Source of the DNA: Acidobacteriota bacterium
GTDB lineage: Bacteria > Acidobacteriota > UBA6911 > RPQK01 > CBDDCF01
Assembly (NCBI GenBank): GCA_965225995.1
Contig: CBDDCF010000032.1
Location: 98,838 to 162,837 of the forward strand
Direction of reading: 5' to 3'
DNA: 64,000 nt
Positions 30,692 to 40,626 of the stretch are shown here, piece after piece; position 1 is the first letter of the stretch; the number at the start of each line of letters is the position of its first letter. Below the pieces are notes generated by a model. That model saw only the letters and a program-made list of their open reading frames with translations, was not told where the DNA came from and made no database searches. The position numbers and the translations under genes are program-made.

Positions 30692-33600
30692 GCCGGAACC
30701 GGAAAGCCGTGGAAACTGCCGCGCTATGGAAACCGTGGAGAACGGTCACATCGAGAAGCTGGCCCATGCATCGGTTCTTCCACCGTTCCCACAGCGCTTG
30801 GAAAACGGCTCGCGGTGCTCGCTCGTTTCCCACAGTTACGCACCGCTTCTGCTACTGGACATACCAACAAGAAAGAAGATTCCGGATCGAGCAGCTTCGC
30901 GGTCCAAGAACCGGCCGAACCGGTCAACGAACGCCCTGCTCACGGGCTCACAGCAAACCCGCCCCGACCAGCAAGGCCGTACAGCCTCCTCACGGAGGCC
31001 TTCACAAGGATTGAAATGTGTTCAAGGCGAGGATATAACTACTAGATCACTGGCCGGTTTTGACCCGGCCCTGAGTGGCCGCTTTTGATGTGGCCCCCGA
31101 CATTCAGGTCGGCTGCCTTCCAGATCTGGGCGACTTGATGTTTGCTCACTCCGGAGTGTTCGGCCATCAGTCGCACACTCCAGTAGGTCGATTCCCGTGG
31201 GATGCGTTCAACGGTGGCTTTGAGAATAGCTCGCACATTGGCATGCGATAGCTTCCGCGGACGGCCCGATCGAGGTCGATCCTCCAGTCCTGACACTCCC
31301 TGCTCAAGATAGCGCCTGCGCCACATTTGCACACTCATTAGCCGCTTGGAGAGCCTTTCCGCAACTTCAGTCGCCGTCAGCCCCTGGCCGCAAGCCAGAA
31401 TTATTTGAGCCCGTTCGGCCAAGACTCGATCGGTCTTGGAAGCCCGCAACCAGGACTCCAGTATTCTTCGATCTTGTTCGGGTAGCTTTAGTCGAATGTG
31501 GGGTCTTGCCATGCCCAACAATAGCAAACTACCCCGACAATTAACATCGGTAACTTTCCGGACAGTGCACTAGATCCCCTCGGTTTCGCCCAAGAGGCCG
31601 CGATCTTCACTCTGCCCGGCAAGCTGACCGCCGGTGGTGCGTCCAGCCTGACCCTAACTTTGTTGGACTCTCAGACTCGCGAACCTCTGGCCGGGCCGAT
31701 CGAGGTTGATTTTCTGAGTGCCCAGGGTGAGACCACGCGATTGTTCCGAGGCCAAACTGACCCGAGCGGGAGACTCAGCCTACCTTTCCAGGTTCCCCAA
31801 GTTAGTTCCGGAGCTCATAAGATCCGGGTGCGGGCAGGAGCAGGAGTCGAGCTGGAGGCCACTGTCTCTGTCAGCTCGGCACCGGCTCTGCTGCTGGAGA
31901 CTGACAAGCCGATCTATCAGCCGGGCCAGACCATGCAGGGGCGAGTTATCCGGCTGAGCAATGCTCTGGCCCCCATTCCGGGCCCGGTCGAAGTGGTCTT
32001 TTGGGACGGCAAGGGAATCCGAATTGCTCGCTTCGATCTAAATGCTGGTGAATTTGGAGTCGCCCCCTTTCAGCTAGAGCTGGCATCTGAGCTGAACGAA
32101 GGGCTATGGCAGATCCGAGCCCGAAGTGATGGTTCGGAGAATCTTCGTGATGTGCGGGTCGAACGCTATGTACTGCCCCGCTTCGAAGCCCTCCTGAGTC
32201 CGGATCGCACTTGGACCCTGGTTGGTGAACCGGTCACCGGCTCTGTCCAAGCCCGTTACTTCTATGGCCGCTCAGTCCAAGGAACCGCACGTCTGGAAGC
32301 GTTCCGTTGGGTTGGGACGTGGCAGAAATACGCGGAAGCCGAAAGCGATTTGCAAGACGGTCTTTGGGATTTCCAGCTCCCGGCCGTCGAGTTTGTGGCG
32401 GGAGTTCCTCAGAATGGAGGCCAGGGGACGATTCGCCTCGATCTAATCGTCACCGACACAACCGGTGAGTCTCAGTCCGTCTCCCAGACTCTGACCGTAG
32501 CTGAAGCTGCTTCCGTCGTCATGATACAGGCTCAGATCCCCCATCTGAAGCCCGGGCTGCCGCTCCCCTTTCTGATCACGACCGCGACTCCGGGCGGCGA
32601 CCCGGTCAGCGAAGCCGTTGAGCTCTTCCTTCGGTATCAAAGAAACGGCGGGGACGCAGAAAGCGAAAGGAGGCAGCTGATGACCTCTGAGGGCCAGGCG
32701 CTTCTTGAAGTCGTACCTCCCTTGGATACCTACTCGGCCCACGTCGAAGCTCGTCCCAGAGACCACAAGGGCACTGCTGAAATCTACTTGTCGGCCTCCT
32801 ATTCCCCAAGCGACAGCTTCTTGTATCTGCTTCGAACCGACGGCAATGGCCCGGCCCAACTCGGTCGGCAAGCGAGTTATCGCATCAACTCCTCTCTCGA
32901 GACGACAGTCTTCTATGAAGTTTACGCCTCCGGCAGAACGATTTTTTCGGCTTTTACCGAGAGCGACGAATTCTCTTTCGCAATCACTCCGGAAATGGTT
33001 CCCGCTGCCAGCATCGTCGCCTATCAGATTACTCCAGAAAGCGAAGTCATCGCCGACACCGTAAATCTGGAAGTACGGGGGAGTGCGGAGATCCAAGTCG
33101 AAGCCGGCTTCAGTGAGGAAGAAGTCCGACCCGGCGACCCGGTGGCAGTGACGATTCGCACCGGACTCAATCGAAGGTCGCTCTTGGGCCTGGCGATCGT
33201 GGACCAATCGGTTCTTTCTTTGGGACGCAGTCGCCTCTATCTGGAACAGGTCTTCGAGGAGTTGGAGCGCAAATTCTTGGCCCCGCTGGCGATAGCCATC
33301 GTCGACGAACCACTCGGCCCCGGCCTCGGCCTGCCGTTCTTCGAGCCTTTTTCTCAACCCTCGACCCGGGAAACTTTTGGAAAAGCCGGGTTACAGGTAG
33401 TCACGACTCCCAACCTGAACATTCCTGAGAGTATCGAGCGCTACTTTTTCGACGGGCTCCCGGTCCTTTCACCACCTCCAGAGGGTGGAGGTGGTGCCAG
33501 TGCGGCACCAGAGGTACCTCGGGTGCGGCAGTTCTTTCCCGAGACCTGGTTCTGGAATCCCACCCTTTTGACAGACGAAAACGGGGTGGCACACTTCGAA

Positions 33601-36600
33601 CTGACAGCCCCCGACAGCATCACTGGCTGGAACCTGTCCGCGGTGGCGACTCACTCCACCGAGGGACTCGAAATGACTCCGGGGATCGCGTTCGGAGAGT
33701 CCGCGTTGACTGTCTTTCAGGGCTTCTTCGTCGAGCCGACCTTACCCGTTCAGGTCAGTCGTGGGGAGCGTTTCCCACTCCAAATCGATATCTTCAACTA
33801 CCTGGATGAGCCGCAACAGGTAAGTCTGGAGCTCGAGGATTCCAGCGCCTTCGAACTACTGGAAGGAGCCGAGCGGTTGGTGGATGTGGCGGCCAACTCC
33901 ACGGCAAGCGTTGAGTTCCCCTTGCGGCCGCGTCAGGTGGGAGAGTTCCCGGTGCAGATTACGGCCCCGAACCGGGGTTGTCGCTGATGCCGTGAGGCGC
34001 CCCCTTAGAGTAGTGGCGGAAGGCTTTCCCAGTAATCAGGTCACCAATTCGGTGCTCGAGGCCGGCCAAGAGGTCACCTTCGATCTTTCAATTCCAGAGG
34101 ACGCCATACCCGATTCTGTTTCCGCCTTCCTCAACCTGACGCCCAGTGCCGTAGCCCAGACCATGCAGGGAGTCTCTGCTCTGCTCGAAATGCCTTACGG
34201 CTGTGGCGAGCAGAACATGATCTTCCTGGCTCCAGACATCGAGATTCTCAAATATCTGCGTGAGATTGGGGAGCTGAGCCCTGGGACTCGTGCCGAAGCC
34301 GAGCACTTCATCAACCTCGGTTATCAAAGACAGCTCACTTTCCAGACCTCTGATGGTGGGTTTTCGGCCTTTGGACAGCCACCTGGCGGACTCTGGCTGA
34401 CCGCCTTTGTCCTCTCCACTTTCTCCGGCGCTCGCGAGGTGCGTGACATCGATGAATCGGTGCTCGATCAAGCGGCAGCTCTGCTTCTCTCACGCCAAAA
34501 CGAAGATGGCTCCTTTCGGACTGACGACTTTCTGATCCATACCGAACTGCTGGGCGGCGTCGAAGACCGGCACACCATGACGGCCTACGTCACGAACGCT
34601 TTGGCCGAGTACGGCTCTGGATCGGTGCAGGACGGGCTACGACGAGCTGCCGACTACCTGGTTACCCACCTGACAGAAGTCGCCAGTCGGCCCTATCCAA
34701 TAGCTATTGCCGCGGTCGCCCTTTTTCAGGTCGCCGGATTCGAGCAAGCCGCCGAAGGGTTCGTCGACAGACTCTTGGAACTCTCGATTATGGATGGTCC
34801 TGGGATTCACTGGGAACCATTCCCGGTCGAGACAACCGGGTACGCTGCCCAGGCCATGCTGGTCTCCAATCAAGGGGTGGGACGGCCGGAACTGGCAGCG
34901 GCCTTCGACTGGCTGGTCACCCAGCGGAATTCTCTCGGAGGCTACGGTACTTCGACCCAGGACACGGTGGTCGCCTTGCGCGCCCTTTCCAGCGCTGCCC
35001 GCAACCTGAACCGCGATCTGAGTATTCCAATTCGGGGCACAGCCGGCGAACAGGTTTTGCTTGACCTGCTGATTGACTCATCTAATTTTGACCTTCTCCA
35101 CCAGGTCAGCTTGCCCATCGATGGTCTCCCGATCAAAATCCAAAGCAGCGGAGACTCCTCGGTTGGCTATCAAGTGACTACGCGGTTCAATCTGCCCTCG
35201 AATTCTCTCCCTCTCGATCGGGATCTGACGATCGATGTGAGTTACGACGCGACTCACATCGAGGTCGATGACCTGGTCGATGTCACCGTGTCCCTGCTTT
35301 ACACGGGCCTCAAGGATCGAACCGGGATGGTCATCGCCGACATCGGAATCCCCACCGGGTTCGGAGTGGTGCAGGAATCACTGGACGAACTGCTCGTCGA
35401 AAAGATCGTCTCGCGAGCCAAGTTAGCGGGCCGAAAAGTCATCTTTTATCTGGATTCCCTCCCCGGCTCGCCGATCGCGATCAGTGCTCCCATAACTCCA
35501 GAGCCGATACGTTTCGAATTCCAGATTCGAGCCCTCTTCCCAGTACGCTCCCTCGAGGTGGTCTCGCAAGCATATGAGTATTACGATGCGGCTATCCGCG
35601 GTTTCCATGTCGCCCCCGCGCTACAGATCGCCGAGTCGGGCGTCCCCCAGCCTCGGATCGACTCGACATCGGAAATCGAGGGTACTGGCGGAAGCGTGAT
35701 CGAGGTACAGGGCAGCGGCTTCCTGGGAGGGTCGCTCGAGATCCTCTTCAACGGCCAGACTGCTCGAATCATCGAGATTGTGAGCGACTCTCTGGTGCGG
35801 ATCCAGGTTCCCAATCTGATTCCCGGTGACAGCCAGATTGAAGTCTTCACGAATGGCGGGACAGGAGCTGCGCCGGAGGGCTTCAAAATCCGTGATTACC
35901 GGCTCTATCTGCCGCTGTATTCTGACTCCCAATCGTTCTCAGGGCTGGCCTTCTCGAACACCTCTGAGCGCGATGCCCGGATCGTGCTCGCGGGGCGCTC
36001 AGGTGACGGAACAATTGTGCCGAGAGAACAGAACCCTCGCCAATTGATCTTGAAAACGGAAGGGCAGCTGGCCCGTCTGGCCTCCGAAATCTGGACAGAA
36101 GGTGGTGCTCAGCTGGCCCCTATTCGCTGGCTCGAGGTGCGGAGCGATAACGCCGAGATTTCGGGAACTTTTCAATTCGGAGACCAGCAATAACTGGACG
36201 GTATCCTGCCCGCACTGAAGAGCTTTCCGGTGTTCTTTTTCACCCGCGTACACCACGGCCCAACTGCTTTCCTGGGACAGCCGGCGAGCATGAGCCTGCT
36301 TGTCATCAATCCCCATGACTCGAGCGGCCAGGCGCGGCTGACGCTCTTCTTGCCGGGCGGAGAGACACGCTCCGTCAGCCGCGAGATCAAGGCCCAGGGA
36401 ACCCTGGAAGGCACCATCTCAGACTTCTTCGGAAAAGCACAGATCAGCTCAGGCTATCTCAAGGTGGGACTCTTGGGCAGTCCGGGCGGAGTCGGCTTTG
36501 CGCGGATTAAGCTTGGGAATGGGGAATCAGTGGTAGGTTTAAGCGGCCAGCAAATGGCTGCCGGAAACCGCTCTTGGTCGGCGCGTATCGCCAGTATCGA

Positions 36601-37285
36601 GAGTTTCTTCACTCACCTCAAACTGGTCAATCTTTCGACCCAGAAAAGGTCCCTTCAGTTGCATCTTAGATCTGGCACAGCTGCTGGCTCGCAAAGCTCC
36701 ACAAAGAACATCATTCTGCCAGCCGGGGCTCAATTGGATCAGTTCGCGGACCAGCTGTGGACTGAGCTCGGACCAGCTGGGACCCAGATCCTGATCGGAG
36801 CTTTGGAAGTCGAAGCCGATGGTCCCGGGATTACCGGGAACATTCTCTTTGGAGGACGAGCCGCTGTCACTCAGGCGACCCTTCTTCCATTGCAAGAATC
36901 CCCAGTCCGCTTTGTCCTCTTCAGCCATGTTGCAGATAACCAGAACTTTTTTACCGGCCTCGCATTGTTCAATCCAAATCCCGAACCCACAACCATTGAG
37001 ATTGCCCTCCACCGGCCCTCCGGGAGTCTGATCAGCAGGGTCGAAGTGGTGCTCTCAGCCGGAGCCTCCAAGACTGCGGAGATCCGCGAATTCATACCAG
37101 CAGCCACCGGTCTGGCAGGCGGATACCTGACCCTACGAAGCGACCTGGGAGTTGTCCTTCAAGAGATGTTCGGAGATCGCCAACTTCAGTTTCTGTCGGC
37201 CGTTCCCGCCTCGAAAGCATCCCTGGCAAACGAATAGTAGGGTTGCTTACAAGATAGACTTGCGCCACCATGTCCCCGAATGTAG

Positions 37286-38170
37286 ATGCCGCGCTTAACC
37301 GTCTTCACATCGTCAGTCTATCCCGACATCGTTCGTATCTGGAACGACTGACGTCGTTCACTACCTGCCGAGGAGATTCGCGTCGAGGTCTTTTCCGATT
37401 CGTCCTCTCACCACCTTGACGAAGACACGCTTCCCGGCGCGACCATCTTGAGAAGGAACCATTTGTGCCGGGATTTCCACGATGCCTACAATGACGCTCT
37501 CGCGCGTTCCACAACTCCCTACCTGGCCTTTGTCGACACAGATATTTTTTGGTTGTCGCCGGCCGTTTGGCCGCGTGCACTCAAAGAACTCGAGCACAAT
37601 GAAGTAGCTGCAGTATCATGCATCTCTCGGAGGAACTGTGAAAGTCCGGGTACATTCGCGGTCATTATGAAAACGGCAGTCTATCGCCCAGTCCTGGCCA
37701 ACGTTCCTGATGGCTTTTATCCGGCGTTCGAGGGAATTGCTCCGGAAACAGCGCCAGAGCAATGGAAGCGCTTCGATACCGGGGATCGGGCTGCGCGGGC
37801 CGTGCTGGATGCCGGTTACAAAATCCGCCTACTTCACTTGGATGAGCAAGGTGATTTTGTGCGATTCGACGGTCTTACGCTAACCCGCCGAGCTCTCGAA
37901 TGGATCGGCCCCGACAACTTCCTGAAAGTAGCCCAGGAGAGCACCTACCATTGGATGGGACTAGCGGGAAACGCGATCCTCAAGCGACTCTACGACCGCC
38001 TCTATCCCGATGGGGCGGCCTTCGAGTTCCCCTTTTCTCCGGGCGTGGCATTCCGTACAGCTCTGAGTCATGGCCCCGCCACGCTTGCTCGTCGCTTAAG
38101 AATGCTGTGGCGACTCGCCCATGGATCGCGCCGCATAGAACGCCGGGTTCGTGACACGGTTTCATCATGA
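37286..38170 (+). CDS. GT-A-fold glycosyltransferase-like protein with an in-frame TGA at codon 22 (37349-37351)
   Basis: AFVDTDIF DxD motif. The upstream in-frame segment MPRLTVFTSSVYPDIVRIWND resembles the N-terminus of the paralog at 40623. Confidence 0.6.
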
Positions 38171-40346
38171 TTCTTCTCATCAATACGAAGTCCACGCGGC
38201 CGCTGTGGCGACGCTTTCCCTTGTCCGTCATGGCCCTCGGAGCGGTCCTGCCGGCGGAGGCATCGTGGGAGATTTGGGACGGTAACAAGCCGGAACCGGA
38301 TTTTCTTGAACGGGTAATCGCCCGGGTCGCAGCCACGCAAGAGTCATCTGATCCGGTTACTCTTCTAGCCTTTAGCGTGATGCCAGGACCCCAACTTGTA
38401 AGCGCCGCCGAGACATCAAGATCGCTCAAAGAGCGCTTTCCTGAGATACCAATAGCATGGGGCGGCTATTTCCCCAGCCTGTATCCGAAACCTGTGCTCG
38501 ACGCCCACTACGTCGATTGGGTCATTCGCGGTCAGGGCGAACGGACGCTTGTGGAACTGCTAGAAGTCGTCGAAGGCCGGCGAGATGCTTCCCGGGTAGC
38601 CAGCCTCGCGTTCTGCTCTGAAGATAGAGTCCATCGAATAAACCCCGATAGACCCTGGACCGGACCCAACGACTTCCCATCCCCGCCCTACCACAGAATC
38701 GACGTGGGTGACTACCTGGGACCAACCGCCCTGGGCCGCAGGTCAGGCGTCTACCAGGCTTCGATAGGTTGCCCGTATCAATGCAGTTTTTGCGGCGTGA
38801 TCTCCGTCTATGGGGGTGGCGAGAGATTCGAAGACCCCGCGCGTACTGCCTCCAACCTCGACCATCTCGTCAGCCAGCACGGGATGGACTCGGTACACTT
38901 CTACGACAACAATTTCTTCCTCAAAGAATCACATGCTGAGGAGCTTTGCGATCGCCTTGCGCCACTCCATCTCAATTGGTGGTGCGAGACGCGGATCGAC
39001 GGAATGCTGAGATTTTCGGATGCAACCTGGAGGAAAATCGAGCGGGCCAGCGCACGTATGGTCTTCTTTGGAGCCGAGTCCGGCTCCGATGCCGCGCTGC
39101 AGGCGATGAAAAAAAAGCTCACTACGACACAGACCCTTGAGATCGCCGAGCGCCTGGCCCATACCCCATCGTCCCTGAATTCTCATTCATGCTGGGCGGC
39201 CCGGATGATCCGGAAGAAGACATCGGCGCGACGCTCAACTTGATTCGCAAACTGAAACAGATTGATCCTCGATGCGAGATTGTCTTTCACTACTACACCC
39301 CCATGCCGCGTTCGAACGGAGAGGAACCAGAGATCGCGCCTACAGACGCAACACCGACGTCGATAGAAGAATGGTGCGAACCAGCGTGGGTCGACTGGAT
39401 GACCTTTGAGAAACCGCGAACCCCATGGATGAACCGGCGACTCTGGAAACGTGTCGCCAATTTTCAATTGGTCCTGGAGAGTCCTTTTCCTTCCCTGCAC
39501 AGCTCGCAGATCAACGGCTGGCGCCGCAAGCTAGTGCAGCGTCTGGCGCGCTGGCGCTGGGATGAAGGACGCTTCAAGAAGCCCCTGCTACTGCGTGCAG
39601 CACGCACATGGTTACGGCACCGTCCGGAAGACTCCCAGGCTTATGGCCATTTGCGACCACCAGAGGAAGCCGGACCTGCTCTGTCTCCGCGCGATGGGTA
39701 TCGGCTTTGGGCAGCGACTTATGAGGGCCCCAACGGGATGACACACCTCGACGAGCTCGCGGTAGAGCGGCTCTCACCCAGGAATTTCAGCCACCTCGTC
39801 GACGCAGGTTGCGGAACCGGTTGGCGCCTGCCACCAGAAGAGACTGGTTCCAGCATCGGCGTCGACCTATCTACCGAAATGCTCGCAATCGGTAGAGCCC
39901 GTGGCGAGACACGGTTGCTGGACGCCGACATTCGGACACTGCCGTTTCAAGCCGGAGCCTTCGATTTGCTTTGGTGTCGACTGGTGCTATCCCATCTCGT
40001 AGACGCCGGCAAAGCCTATCTCGAACTGGGGCGGACGGCATCTGCCGCGGCCTCTTTGATTGTTACGGACATGCATGTCGATGCGGTGCGAGCCAGCTTT
40101 AGAACCAGCTTCATGGATCCGTCCGGCCGGACGCGGTTCATCCAGGTCCACATGCGCACGCTGGACGATCATGCGCGGCTGGCCGCGGATGCTGGATTCG
40201 AGCTCGAAGACATGTTGGAGTACGAGATCGGACCCGAGATCCGGCAGCTCTTCGAATCCGCGGGCGCGCGGCGTCTCTATGAGCGCCACAAGGGTCACAA
40301 GGTACTGTTGGCTATGCGATTCATCAAACGAAGCGGACATGAGTGA
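38167..40346 (+). CDS. B12-binding radical SAM enzyme fused to a class I SAM methyltransferase; frameshift at 39164-39167
   Basis: WGGYFPSLY, RGQGE, GCPYQCSFC (CxxxCxxC), GAESGS; one added C gives HTPIVPEFSFMLG; C-terminal LVDAGCGTG. Confidence 0.8.
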
Positions 40347-40626
40347 GAACGTAACGCGTGAGAACGTCTTGACTGAGGGAGAATTTCGGCGCGGCGAGAA
40401 ATACGGGCCGGAGACCGTCAACCGCGGTGCGATCTTGATGGATTGTGAGTGGGACGGCGGCGTCTTCGAATCGGGCATCATGGTGGGAGGAATTTTTCGT
40501 TCCGGCATTTTCCGCGGTGGTACGGTCTATGGAACCGTCTGGCTGGGAGGAGAATGGATCGACGGCGAATGGGAGAGCGGCTTCGATCAGACCGGTCGCT
40601 ACCGGCCAAGGACCGATCATCCGTGA
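40339..40626 (+). CDS. 95-aa protein with G-x-(F/W/M/V)-x-x pentapeptide repeats
   Basis: MSENVT...GVFES GIMVG GIFRS GIFRG GTVYG TVWLG GEWID GEWES...; overlaps both neighbouring genes. Confidence 0.7.
   Translation: MSENVTRENVLTEGEFRRGEKYGPETVNRGAILMDCEWDGGVFESGIMVGGIFRSGIFRGGTVYGTVWLGGEWIDGEWESGFDQTGRYRPRTDHP

Larger units (their letters stand above)
28330..31102 (+). mobile_element. IS21-family element nested in IS630
   Basis: Ends TGTCAGGGGCCAC / GTGGCCCCCGACA with internal repeats; 6-bp TSD TTCAGG at 28324-28329 and 31103-31108. Confidence 0.95.
27628..31570 (-). mobile_element. IS630-family element, copy 1 (1164 bp without the nested IS21)
   Basis: IRs GTGCACTGTCCG, both ends in CTAG (TA duplication). 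Transposase pieces at 31103-31512 and 27654-28329 carry SVDEK, LDNSSTHK and SWLNAVE. Confidence 0.93.
27544..37237 (+). pseudogene. Thioester-containing alpha-2-macroglobulin/CD109/C3-like protein with IPT/TIG and C-terminal surface domains; disrupted by IS630/IS21, a frameshift (33965-33968) and an in-frame TAA (36191)
   Basis: Codons 27544-27627 join in frame to 31573 once the IS is removed. Motifs TDKPIYQPG, ERYVLPRFE, RQFFPETW, PDSITGW, PYGCGEQNM, STQDTVVAL and YEYYD. Confidence 0.88.

Noticed and set aside
30688-31088. ORFs in the IS21 right end (also 55238-55525)
   Set aside because: Low-complexity Arg/Ser-rich translations in the non-coding IS tail, with no recognisable motif.
40449-40622. 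Long N-terminus (MGRRRLR...) of the 619-aa ORF
   Set aside because: It overlaps the repeat-protein gene in another frame; GTG at 40623 matches the paralog's start and the coupling pattern.
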